From Phoronis australis (lineage: Eukaryota; Animalia; Phoronida): 64,000 nt of DNA. Shown here piece by piece: positions 40,033-52,735 of this stretch. The translations under genes were made by a program, and so were the position numbers. The notes below the pieces were generated by a model that searched no databases, was not told the DNA's origin, and saw only the letters and a list, made by a program, of their open reading frames with translations. How positions within the stretch are numbered: the first letter of the stretch is position 1; each line of letters begins with the position of its first letter. The stretch covers positions 248,001-312,000 of the forward strand of contig NMRA01000096.1 in the NCBI GenBank assembly GCA_002633005.1, in the 5' to 3' direction.

Positions 40033-43000
40033 ATTGACAGGAGACACGCTTAAATTACTGGAGATACTTAAAAATATTGAAAAAATACGGAGAGCACTGT
40101 TCAGTCAACTGCACACTAGTCCGCCATGATGAAACCCTCTCTATATGATATATTTGATAAATACCCAAGTGCACTCACAGCTAGCTAGATCCCTAAGAGA
40201 AATGCTACTATGGCAAAAAATAATTGTTATATAGATGCTAGATTTTTTTAAAAGCCTAAACTATTGAGGTACTCAGTCTTAAGTTTCTGGAATGCCATAT
40301 TAGAAAGGTATGCGAAGTATTTGTTGAAAAACACTTTATCTTGAATTAATTTGTTCCAAGCGTTGTCTCCTTTATTTCCCAGACAATTGTTTTGCTTTCC
40401 TTCGACTCAGTATTCATAAGAACGTTGACAATATTGTTACTTTGCATCTTTTTTACAATACTGGAGTACCCATCCTCTTCACAACTCACGTCGAAAACGA
40501 AAAATTCATGGATGACTTGCTCGATAACTGGCACGACCCATTTATTACACAATTCGTCATCACCATCATCTTCTGAAGAGGCAATGGATAGCGTGTCCTC
40601 TAAGGCTAAAGACCGGCTTGATTGTTCCTTTCTTCACACACGATCTCGATACCGTTAGGGGCGGTATTGGGAGTACGCCAGAGTCTGTTTGGCATCTTTA
40701 TTATGATCCGTAGGGGGCGTTTCATGCCGTTGGCTTTTCAACGGCGGACTGTCATCTCCAGGTACTTTGTTAGCCCCAAACCTCACAGACATTTCAGTCA
40801 ACAGGACTTACTCATTTACAGCAAGTTCTTTGACGGCCGCATCGTTGGGAGGGGCGATGATATAAAGACTGTGCCCGTGACATCCACTATTGTTTTGTTT
40901 TTAACATATATTACAGGATTGGGTGTCGTAGTGGATGTCCTCTTCCAAATATGCAGCCTTTGTGGAGCGATTGATTATGTTAAGCAGGACCTCGACTCCA
41001 AAATCGCTGTTCCCGTTGTCAGTGCGGAAAGAAATTTTAATTTTCACGTTTTCTTCCATTACCGGCGATGCGTAGAGCTGGCTTGAGGGTTCCGCTCTCT
41101 GTACCTGTATCATTTCTTGACATCGGTAATGGGCGGTTCTTTTGGGAGTACGGCTCGGACGGGAATAGCCTGCAGCAATCAATTCATTTGAAGTGATGAT
41201 CCATAATCAGAATGCCACTGATCTTGTTTGGACGTTCTTTGATTCAATCAGAGCGAGCAGAGACTGTTGGGCATCTCAAGTTGAGCCGTTGGCCGGTGGG
41301 ATCGTTTCATGCCGTTAGCCCTTTTACGGCTGGAACCCCATGTGCTTCGTTAGTCCTAAACGTCGCACACCTTTCAGGTCCTCATTAAACGTAGATTGAA
41401 ACCAAAGGAAGAAAAACAATTATGAAAAACGTGGAACCAGTAGGCTTGCCACATGACGAACCGACGACCCCATTGTCGTCGTCGCAATCTAGTCGACTGC
41501 GTTATAGAACTAGAGAGCTGCATGTTTGGCGAGTGCGCGCGTGACCCTTTGGTAAAAAATTACAAAGTAGCTATGCGGTACTTTTACGATAAGTAGGCCT
41601 AGGGGCTTACCGTAAAATTCCGCGTACCCTAAAGCCTCTGAAAGCCAATCAGACTGTGTCAAAACTTACGACTAATAGACTGGCTTTTATTAAAATTTAA
41701 AAACCCGGTCCCCATTTAAAGTTTAGCGAATAAGAGCCCATGGACACGTACAGAATTTTTAGTATATGAGACAAGTTTTTTCTTGTGTTTTCTGCCAATC
41801 AACGTGAACTTGGGTTCGTATGACAACTTTTTCCCCGACTATACAAATTGCAGAAGTTCGTCACCGTTCGCCGCCGATTTTCTAATCCTCCATTTTAAAT
41901 GTCTTTCTTGTATGTGTAGGCCAGAGTTTCCAATGGATGCTCCACTTCCCGAACTTTGCCTTGTTTTACCGGATTTTTTTCATCTTGCTCGATTCTGGGG
42001 TATTGTCCTCTACCCACCAAGTTATCGCCTACGAGTCCATAAACGCTCAAAATTAATAAAACATTGATTGGCTAAATCTGCGAACTTATGTAAGGCCATG
42101 TTAAAACTTCTCCAAGAAATGGTATGGACAAATAATAAAACCAAACAGCCCCGCCGTGTTCCAAAGTTCCACTGTAGGATTTAGAACGACACATGGGTCC
42201 CAACCGTAAATTTCCGAAGAAAAATGATCACGTAAATCCTAAAATTAATATATCGGCGACGCTTTCTTTATTCTTTTTGGTCGCGTTTCTAGGTGGTACC
42301 GGAGCTCCTAGTCCCCCTTCCTTAACCTGCCTGTGGTTTCGAACATGGTCTTCGCCAGAGGAATGCGTTTCCAAGATCCTGGGAGAAAATAAAACTTGCC
42401 AGGCTCCAGAAAACGCTATAGCGTTCTTATGAACCGAATTTTAAGGTTTCCCTTTTAATAATATTATTTTTCGCTCTTTTGGATCAATTATGACTTTACG
42501 CAAGCACTTGGATTTTGGCAAACACGAAATAAAGCGGTAGACTCACTGAATGATTGCAAGCTTCTGGAATACTCGGCGGGAATCTTGTGGAATGGTTTGT
42601 TTCCTTTAGATATGTCTGTGCTTTTGCCTGCAACAAGGATCTACCTTCCATCATATTAGCTGTTCTATGTTGTTTAATCGAAATTAAACGATTTGAATAG
42701 AATGTGGTTCTTTGAATAACATAGTTATGATTTTATTCATCGACAATAGGCAATTTGGATCGTTCTAGACCAGGGATTCTGTACGTCACAGAATTAGAAC
42801 AAACTCTCTCTGCAGATTTTGTTTGTTTCTAAGGTACATGCAAATATTAGCGTACACGATGGCCTTGTGCGTAAGATGTGATGTTTGAGCGTATGATTCT
42901 ATGGTACCCCTGAATACTCAAACATTGTGAATGAAAGACAAACAAGCCCAACAGCTGACCATAGCTACGTAAATAACAAGATAATTTTGACTTCTCATTT

Positions 43001-43531
43001 GACATCATCAGTTCCCAATGATCTCAAACATTTTATCGGCCAAATTCATTAGGTCCGTATGTATTAATCTAATTCTGGGATTGTCCTTGCAACGTTAGGA
43101 AAAGTCCTGGACTATCCCTTTAATATAATTTGTACATGTCCGCCCGATCGGAAATTTTGAATAGGATACGAAATTTCATGGGTATCCAAAGAAATACTCC
43201 CAGGAACTATAATAATTTGTAACGCGGTCTTATTCCTAAAAACAAGAGATAACCAGCGGTGGCCATCAGAAGAATGTAGAGAGCGTGGTGTCAGATATCA
43301 CAAAAAGTAAATTTTTGATACAAACCAAATCCGAAGTGATGCAGTTACTACACGCCTGGTGGCACCTTAACTGGATAAGGTACTTTAAATAACAAGAAAT
43401 TACAAGGATTTGGAGAAGACATGACACATCAAATGCTACATATCGCCTTAAACTATCATACTAAAACGATTAAACACGACACTGTGCTTCTGTAAGCGAA
43501 ATAAATTTGTTGTATGGGCGTTAACTCCCCC

Positions 43532-46500
43532 TCAATTACAGCTAACTATCTTCTGTCCTCGAGTGTTATCCTGTGAATCAATGATTTCTTCGTGAGGATG
43601 AATGTACTCATCCGAAACAACTGTCTCCTTGCTGGGCTGGATGTATTCATCAACTACAATTGTTTCAGGTGCACCAGAGTTTATGTAATGAGTAGTTCGA
43701 TTGTCATTGACAGGTGGTGCCTGATGAGTCTCTGCTGAATGCTGTAATCTGTCCATCGCGGGTTGCGCTTCGTTTTGATAGCTTGGTGCGCTGTCAGTTC
43801 TCCGGCTCTCCCCGCTGTTCATGTTTGCTTCCTTATTTGGGGGAATATTGTTGGGACTCGAATCACTCAGTACATAAATGTAGCCGTGATCTGAGGTGCT
43901 GGTGCCCGATCCGTCTACATAAGTGTATACATCAGGAATCTCTTCGTAGTGGTGTTCCTGGACTACGCTGCCAGCATCCGGTCGCGCAGGCGGCTGCGGA
44001 GCCATTTTGTTGTACACTGCTGCAGTAGATCTGTTGGTCGTACTGGATGACTTACTCCTCCTGTAGTAAAAGTGAGAAACGAAAACAACTGAAGATCGAA
44101 AATGTTAAAGAGGTAAAAAAATGGTTTCGTTGATACTTGGTGTTTCTTCTGCTGCACAGGAAGACTCCAGCCGTTTTCTCTTGTTTTGCTTGTGCGCAAA
44201 GATCGTGAAATTGTTGCCAAATTGGGTGGTAATTAAAGAAAATTTGTTCCCCTCGCACTACTGATCGTAAAATACTGATGTACGCGACTCAAAACGTTTC
44301 ATTTGCAATCTGAGACAAATGATTTTTGCAACTGTAAAAACAAAATATGTTTGCAACAAAAATGAGCGCACCTCGAGGAGTATGGGCAGGAAAAGTGAAA
44401 CGAAAATACATGAAGGACGGTATTGCCATTATCATCGTCATCATCATCATCATCACCATCATCACCATCACCATCACCATCACCATCACCATCATCATCA
44501 TCATTTTTGTAAGTTTACTCTAATTCTTTATTGAGATTTTCGAAGCAATTGTATACGGCAATGGAGCTCATCAAGTTATGAGCGTTATCAAATCAGTAGT
44601 ACTGGTGATCAATAATTATTGTGATCGTGCAGTGTTATCTTCGATCAGTTTCGTTAAATGTCGCTCTCAAACGTGCTTCTGGGTCCCGCTTCATCAACGA
44701 TCGTGCACCTGGCCGTAACTATCTGGTCGTGAGCAGGCGACTGCGAACAGTCGCGTTCTTGAAAAGGACAATTATTATTATTAAATGTTTATCTTAAAAT
44801 TTCTTCAAGTTAATGATTTGTCTTAGCTACGCAAAAATTCAAGTAACAGGCCCGAGATTGAGTGACCTCAGAACAATGCTGTAAAAAAGCTGTGGAGACA
44901 ACATATAGTTAAAAATCATCGTCGTTATCCAATACAATGCAAGAACAAATTTGAGATACGATGGCTTCCTTTGCGATGGCTCGCACGAACTGTGATAAAA
45001 CCCTGGTTCTTCGCTCATCAATTTGTTCTATTTGTTAAGTGATCATCGTCGAAAGAACAGGTAGAAATGCATTTTTAATAAATGTACAAAATGACTACGA
45101 GTCACTAAAATTGTAACAAAAAAATTTTGGCCTTCAAAGGCAAAGTGTCACTGACCGAAAAAAGCTTGAATACTAAAATACCAACCTTCTGATGAGGAAG
45201 ACCGTGACTACTGTTATTGTTACTGCCAGTATAGAGGTGGTTATAATGGTAGCTACTAACCACGGCGTGATGGTAACCTTGACGTCGACATTTGACGTAT
45301 CTGAAAAAATATCGCATCCCGGCAAAATTATTCTGGATTTCTTAAAATCATTAGTTCCACATTTATTCGATACAATTCGTCGTTGTCCGTACGACGTCAT
45401 AATGTATATATAAGTAGATATTATTTTATCTGCTTATAAGTAGTAACATACATGATACCGTTACACGGAAATGGGTGGAGTTGCTATTGAATGAGTATTA
45501 GTATATAGACAAATTTCTTGCAAACGCAGCATATTACATGAACGGTATTGTGGTATACACTGTCGCCAGGACGACGAGAATCGCAGTGCGCCTACAGAGC
45601 TTAATTGTGAAGTGCGCCTCTGCATGGGTACACACTCCCACCAGTCGTATACGACATTGTACACGATTGATCAGAGCGTTGAGGCAGGTGTTGCGGCACG
45701 ATTTTCGAGCTCAAATATCCTATGACGACTTGTCGTTGGGATGACCATATCCGATTTTGCTCCAAATGGTCCAGATCAGGGGATCGCTGACAAGTCAGTG
45801 CGTCAGTGTTTTTTTGACACAATGAGGAGTGAAGTGGTGTGAAGGGGCCGTCAGTATTAAACACTAAGGCGATCCTTGAATGCTCCCTAAACTGTATTCA
45901 CCAACGCCTAAGCGCTTTCGAAATCAACCTTAAAAATCGACATTCAGTGGTTTGTTTGTCGCACACGAAAGTTGAACACGAAGTAGTACTGACCCAAAAT
46001 CATGTGTAAGCGAAGCTTTAGGGTAAAGCTGAACCACATGGACACATGGCGTACAATAAAGTTCTTGAACCAGGCCTGCCTGCACTGTCCACTTGATGTT
46101 GACCCCTGCCAACTAAGTGCACATGGCAGACGTGTAAAATTCCTAAAACTTGTCGTTAAAATGCTACACTTTCCGATGATTTGTAGAAAGGCTTGTAGTG
46201 ACTTACCCAGTGCGGTCGTCAGTGATGGAGTTGAAGGTGGCGACTGAACTGAACCTGTCGTAACAGAACACGTGACTCGGATTGGCTCATTATAATATCT
46301 CAAGTCCAGTTTCTCATCTATAGCAGAATACATGAAAAGCGAATTACTGTGAAATCAAATAGAGACATATGGAAAAGTATATTCCTTCTCTGCTACATGA
46401 AAAGTGGAACTACTTCCCAAAGTTCTCCTGATGACGTTGACAACGTCACCGGTCGAGATTGGGCAACTGGACCGGTTCACATGCCTTGAAATTCACCGCA

Positions 46501-49500
46501 ATTTTCAAAGAAACCATGCAGTTGCAGTAGACAATTACAGCTCATGTGGACCCCAAAAAGTGCACGTGGTTAGGATTTTGAATTGGAAATCGGACAAGAA
46601 CTGCGATTTTTGCGACCTAGCAATGTTGCCAAAAATCCTGCTTCTTATTAATTCTGCTGTTTGTGCAACATAATTGAACCAGTTATCAAACCAGCTGGAA
46701 ATTGGGGTAAGCCAAGTTTCATCGCACAATGTTGTCATAGTGCGACTTAAAATAAAAGTAAACAGAAAGCAAACTTTGTGCTTAGACAGACTTTGATCTG
46801 ATATATTTTGCTTTTTACTGTTATGGGTGAATTAAGTAGCTTACAATGCATATTTTAAGACTGTTGCGGCAATTTTGTTGCGTTTGTGGTGTTCCCGACC
46901 AAAAATTGAATAAAGACTTTTTAGGCTTGTCTGATAAATGCAAGTGAAAGCCCTTGGAAATTCAAAACACGGAATTGTAGATACCATATAAGACGTACAC
47001 GAAAGTTTATAGTGGATACTGAGGACGGACGGTTTTTCAATGAGATGTTTTGCTGTGTTCCTCGTGACCAGACTATTAGCGCCTTTTGTCTGGGGACTAA
47101 AAACCAATCCATGAATAGCTTAGCTCGACTTGCAAAATCAGGGCCCGGTCTCTAATCTTTGTACTCGAAACGAACTCGAAACTATTTTTGGCAATTTCTC
47201 TGCTCCTTTTGTGCGAACTTAAGATAATTGGTTATCAGACTGTGCTCCAATACATTATAGTTTATGCATAGGAGTTTCTAGTTCAAGTTTGCCCTTGAAG
47301 ACCCTTATATTCGTGCTACAAACTCGAGTAAAAACTCGAAATTTCGAGTTCAAACTCGAACTTATTGCTTTAATATTGGGTTTATAAACTGTGAACTAAG
47401 GGCAATAAATTATCTACGTAACTTATTGTGTACTCGAGCATAGAATAATAGACACTTATCTTGAGTTCGCCCAAAAGTAGAGTAGAAGATGGCAAACCTA
47501 ATTTCGAGTTCCATTTCGAGTAAAAAGATTGGAGACCAGGCCCAGGCCATTTTTCTCTGTTCGTAGTCAGATTTCTAATTTTTGTTGGTAAAAAAACAAA
47601 AGGCAAAAGATTCTAGGAGAAACAGGCCCCAGATCTCGTCACTGTGTTTTCAAGACAAGTTTGGTCATACAGTACACGGGAAAGACGAACCTTCAGACGT
47701 GAAGGAAGAACCCGAAAAAGTTGTAATTTTTTTGTCGCGTGTCAAACGCACATATTTTTGACGTCACAGTGCTCACGATTTACGCTTGGACGAATCCTGA
47801 AAATTTGTTTTTTAACTGTCATTCGACATCACGCACGTGTCCGTTCCAAAAGTCTTCAAGTTTGGATTACGTGGCATTAAATCAAATGAGTTCCTCCTTT
47901 GCATTTAAAGGTCCGTCACTCCCTGTCCTTCCTGTGTTTTGTATTGACGTCATATACAGCCTATCCTAATCTACCAGCATTTTTCCTTATTGCCGCTGAC
48001 GAAGAGTGCACCGCTCAGAAGATCGGGTGTCATCAAATTAGTACCATCTATGTTCGCCTTTTTGTCTTTTCATTTAGTCGATATTTGAATCGAAATAACC
48101 AGAACTGAATAATAAAGTTTCAAAATTATGTTCAAATTTCTGTTTGTGCATTAAAAAAATGGCCACTGCAGTTGAACGGCGTTGAACGTCCTTTTTTAGT
48201 TGCCAGTAAAAACGCAAACACTTGGAAGACTGTAATTTACAAAATGTAATTTTAGTGAAGTCTCTCGATCGATTGATGAAACTGTTTCCGTGATCGAAAC
48301 CTATAAAAATTAATGAAAGAATTCTTTAATTAATAGCCACCTGATTTCATTTTTACTTTTTTGTCAGTTTGATCGACATCAGAAGACTCACCTTGAACTG
48401 ACAGCTTGAACCGACCACCATTCGAACTAGCGGTTGATGTGAAGCGAATCAAAACTTCAGACGTCTCATGAAGAACTTTGGGAAACTGTTCCAAAAGAGT
48501 GAAGTTGTTGCATTGGTATTCATGTCTCTGAAGTATTCCGCCTTTGCTTGGGATTTGTTGAGCATTCTTTGGCTGCACTGTTTTAGATGTGATAACTAGA
48601 TGCTGAGTCTGCAGAATGGGACAATTCTCCGACGTTTGGTGAACTTCTTGTTGTAAAAAAAGCTTCACAGGGCGATATGTTGTCAGTTTACACTGGCAGT
48701 CGATATTTTCGTTTACATGAACTTGACGAGGCCACCCTGGGCTAACAAATTTTAACACTTTTTTGGTTGCGACGTGATCTGAACAGATATCGAGGACATC
48801 TTCTGCAAATGAAAAGACAGCGTCCCTACCATTAAGACTGTCTTAAGCAAAATTAAATGATAAAGCATGCAATGTTCATATTATTAAAGGTGACTTGTAC
48901 GTCATGTTTTGGTTATAATTCCTAAAACGTCTTCCTACAGAAATTAATCTTCATTTTAAGATGTCATGAAATGTTTTTCTTGAGAAAAAATGTGGTGCAA
49001 GGAAAATGCTTTGGGTAATTTGAAAATCCAAAGAGGTTAGCACTGTTAGATCTAGGTTTTATATGGAAAGTAGGCCTACTTGCATTCGAACTACGACCTT
49101 GTGAGAAAATCTGCTTTGGTAAAGTGATACTGAACCCTGTTTCCCTTGCGTAACTCGCCTAAAGCGTAGGCCTCTCTTCTCCGTCAGTTTTCAAAATTTG
49201 GTGCAAGCGTTTAAGATATAATTGCATTGTTTTTGAGAGCTGGATTTCAATATCTACTAATGGGCCAAAATCCGGTTTAGTATAATGAATGTTAAATTTT
49301 ATAAGGATTTTTGTTGCAAACATGCCTTATTGCTATTTCAAGAATCAAGCTTAGAATCAAGAATCTTTATTTAACGTCGTTCGGAGAACAGATTAACATT
49401 AGCCAGTTGGGCTATTTCTACGACATTAAATTTAACAGAAACATGAACAAAATGGAACTTAAGCTAAAGGTGGCGAATAACACAGAGATATAATTGTAAA

Positions 49501-50539
49501 TAAAAGTTAAGTTGTCGTAATCGCTAAAGCATAGACTAAGGTCTAATGAACATAAACGATAATGGGTACACGTGTAAATGCTATAATCTAGATAAATCAT
49601 AAAAGAAACGATGGTATCCGCTAATTACAGCATAACCTGGAGTGTTTACAAAGCATAACCTATTTAAGATGAGCAAAGTATTATCCATGCGTTTTCAGTT
49701 GATATGTTGTTTTTTACTTACCGGAAATAAGGCACTGATATCTGATCTTCACTGTGTTACTAAACAGTGGCGAATGTCGTTGGCCGGTACACGACTTCCA
49801 TATATCCACACTAGCCCCTTTCACTGTACATTCGTTGTATCCGGTACAGTTGCTGCTGACCTCTCTAGCATACTCGCCATTAACTAACAACAATCGGTTA
49901 CACATCGGGAATTCTGGAATTCCACTTTTGTCACAGCCGTTGGTTGAGCTGACAACAGTTTGCCCAGTTTTCAATTCTTTGCCTTCTGGACATTCTAATT
50001 CTATTTCGTCGCCTGCACATCCCCGCTTCCCTTCAATGAAGTGAAACTCAGATCAACGACACAGTATCTTGATATGTTGAGTACGTCGTCAATGAGAAAC
50101 GTTGTTTTTGTGTTTTTAACTGAAGTCCATAAATCAGTTGTTGCATTCACAGTGTGATATTCTTCCAGTGCAACAAATAAGTCAAATTTTCATGATTTTT
50201 AGAATTAAACTACTAAATTACATATGTTGAATAAATCAAATACTACAGTGCAAAAGCAAGACCAATAACTGGTCGAGTGAATACATGGTTACTGTGCCAC
50301 CACGGACACTTGTACACATAGTACTGGGACGATTACACTCCTAATTTCCTCGGTTTACAATTACCACTCTCTGAACCAACATTTAAAAAAAATTCAGATG
50401 AGTCTCCTTACCTAGTAAAAAACAGCGAATTTTGTTCTAACGTGTACTCACATTTCAATTCAGTTTTCGCTGTACTATACTGCAAAACGGTGGCTGAAAG
50501 AACGAAGTATGTATACGTACATACTCTAAACCAGTCCAT
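43532..50539 (-). CDS. Uncharacterised type-I membrane protein, 520 aa: signal peptide, SUEL/Gal-lectin-like domain, CUB-like domain, S/T/P linker, TM helix, Tyr-rich cytoplasmic tail
   Basis: Minus-strand exons 50539-50452 (MDWFRVCTYTYFVLSATVLQYSTA), 50030-49722 (CAGDEIELECPEG...SNCTGYNECTV...TVKIRYQC), 48802-48392 (VLDICS...FVSPGWP...DCQCKL...LIRFTS...GGRFKLSVQ), 46317-46207, 45300-45186 (WLVATIITTSILAVTITVVTVFLIRR) and 44060-43532. Intron phases 1,1,1,1,2 all match; total is 1563 nt (521 codons) with no internal stop. Domain names rest on the Cys pattern only. Confidence 0.82.
44427..44503. repeat. (CAT/CAC)n trinucleotide microsatellite, intronic
   Basis: Directly visible. It explains the poly-His and poly-Met/Val spurious ORFs. 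Confidence 0.95.
47142..47542 (+). mobile_element. 401-bp PIF/Harbinger-type MITE, copy A (intron 3 of the receptor gene)
   Basis: CAG|GGCCCGGTCTCTAATCTTT ... AAAGATTGGAGACCAGGCC|CAG shows TIRs with a 3-bp CWG TSD and internal (A)CTCGAAA repeats. Near-identical to copy B in reverse orientation. Confidence 0.88.
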
Positions 50540-51843
50540 GTCTACGTCGGGGTTCGTCTGAGCTAGACGATACGATGGAGGTCAATGTGACTCCTGTAGG
50601 TTTCAGTTGTCATCAACAATGATCACTCATCCGGGAACCCAGTCAAACTGTCAGATTCACAAGGCATTGGCATGACTTCGGGGCATCCCCGGCAGAATTC
50701 GAATCTGTCAAGTTGGTGACTATTTCGGCGCTCGCACCACTCTGCACTGAACAGCTACTTGCGTGGCCTCAAAATTTTCTTCGGATAAGGCATAATGCCG
50801 GCGGTACTAATTCCCATCTGCGCCCGGGGGCTGAGTGGATATGACGTTAATCCGGGAAAATTAGGGGTCGTAAAGGCAAGCCAGAAATGGCGACACTGCC
50901 GAACCAGCCTGAAAACCATGTCTTTTTAAGACGATCTGTTTTATAAACAAAACAAAAGGACACCGCAAAGCTTGCTTTTATTTTACCAATCACTGAGGCA
51001 GACTATGACAAACGGAAACCGTGTATTGAGTGAATTTGGGGCATACGGCCCAGTACCCTCAGGAGAGACAAGTGATCTTCGGCGCTATGATGACGCCCAG
51101 CGAAAAACAGGTCACTAATATTACAGTCAATCAGGAAGCACCAACAATGGCGCGATATAGGGGTATTGCGAACGCGCATATATATCCAGCAGTGGCACAA
51201 CGGTGCAAACGCGCCATACATCGGAAGTACTATGGCCAACCAGCTAGCTGTGTGAAGACTATCGTCAAAATACACGTGGTATACAACTTTGCACCACGGC
51301 AAGTCTGACTACTGAGCGCTCTCGTTACAGGTATGGCAATCACTGACTGTTGAAAACCAGGACCACCCAGAAACACAAAAAAAAATCTTTAGGAAATTTC
51401 TCCCGGTATTTGTTTTTTAGGTGAGCACTCTTTCGGGATCTGGGGTGTAGCCGGGTAAGTTAAACGTGACAGAAAATGAGCGCTGTCGTGTTCTCTTTTG
51501 TATTAATTAACCGTACACTGATTTCTAAGCAACATACAACGCTAACTATTGACAAAACGAGTAACTAATACACCAATAAGCGCTCTTTCGTCGGAAATGT
51601 TGAATAGCGCGAATTTTGTCACTAATGTCGTTGAAAGATACGATCATGTTGAAAATCACGTGCATGGTTTCTTAGCTCTTTGGTTCATGTCTGCGATTTT
51701 CTCTACTTTGAAGCTAGTTCTCCATTTCGTCACCCAATTTTAAGGTTTATCAAGCTCGCTTTGGTATTATATTGTTTGGGCAAGGGGAAGAAGAGGGGTG
51801 TGTCGTCTGCATAAAAGGAATGTTTTGGTATTCAGGATATCTG

Positions 51844-52244
51844 GGCCCGGTCTCCAATCTTTTTACTCGAAATGGAACTCGAAATTAGGTTTGGCATTTT
51901 CTACTCTACTTTTGAGCGAACTCAAGATAAGTGTCTATTATTCAATGCTCGAGTACACAATAACTTACGTAGATAATTTATTGCCCTTAGTTCACAGTTT
52001 GTAAACCCAATATTAAAGCAATAAGTTCGAGTTTGAACTCGAAATTTCGAGTTTTTATTCGAGTTTGTAGCACGAATATAAGGGTCTTTAAGGGCAAACT
52101 TGAACTAGAAATTCCTATGCATAAACTATAATGTATTCGAGCACAGTCTGATAACCAATTATCTTAAGTTCGCACAAAAGGAGCAGAGAAATTGCCAAAA
52201 ATAGTTTCGAGTTCATTTCGAGTACAAAGATTAGAGACCGGGCC
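51844..52244 (-). mobile_element. 401-bp PIF/Harbinger-type MITE, copy B (inverted relative to copy A)
   Basis: CTG|GGCCCGGTCTCCAATCTTT ... AAAGATTAGAGACCGGGCC|CTG. Same length as copy A. The spurious ORFs 47382-47606(-) and 51798-52004(+) are nearly identical. Confidence 0.88.
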
Positions 52245-52735
52245 CTGGACGGTCGTTCATGAGTATAAAAAAGAGTGAACATGAATGGCAAGATATTTCT
52301 GGAAGACAGGACCGACAGGAGTGCAAACCCTACCGGCTGGCTACCCGAGCAATTTGGAAATGAGTCTTCTCGCAGGGTTGTGCAACGCTCGATTTCGTTC
52401 CAAAATGATTATTCCACTGGGACTGAAGTTACTCTTCCAATTTACCTCATCTCTTTTCTTTCACTCACACTCATGAGATTAGCCCTTCAAGGCCGCTTTG
52501 TTCACGTTGGTTTTCAGCACTAGCGCACCACACGGTGTCCAGCACCAGTAAATAGATCGAGAATTACACTTAAGAAGCCTGTATTGATCACATTTGATTT
52601 AGGCCAGAACAGAAGCACGAACTTTAAAATTAGCGCGTAAGTAAATAACGACATATCTATTTAACGTTTCGGTTTATTACTCAAAAGCATTGTCAAGGAA
52701 ACAGTTCACATATTTAAAACAGGCGACACAGGTAG

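Larger units (their letters stand above)
36552..40141 (-). mobile_element. L1/Tx1-clade non-LTR retrotransposon with 5' end, ORF1, ORF2 and poly(A); RT core absent at an assembly N
   Basis: 3' AATAAA plus poly(A) appears as the T-run at 36552-36562. Candidate TSD TATATGATA lies at 36543-36551 and 40142-40150. ORF1 and ORF2 are listed below. The sense strand is A-rich. Confidence 0.92.

Noticed and set aside
44289-44534. Poly-His and poly-Met/Val ORFs
   Set aside because: They are translations of an intronic (CAT/CAC)n microsatellite.
47990-48030. Second hammerhead-like motif CTGACGAAGAG...CTCAGAA
   Set aside because: The GAAA box and stem III are not intact. At best it is a decayed pLTR fragment.
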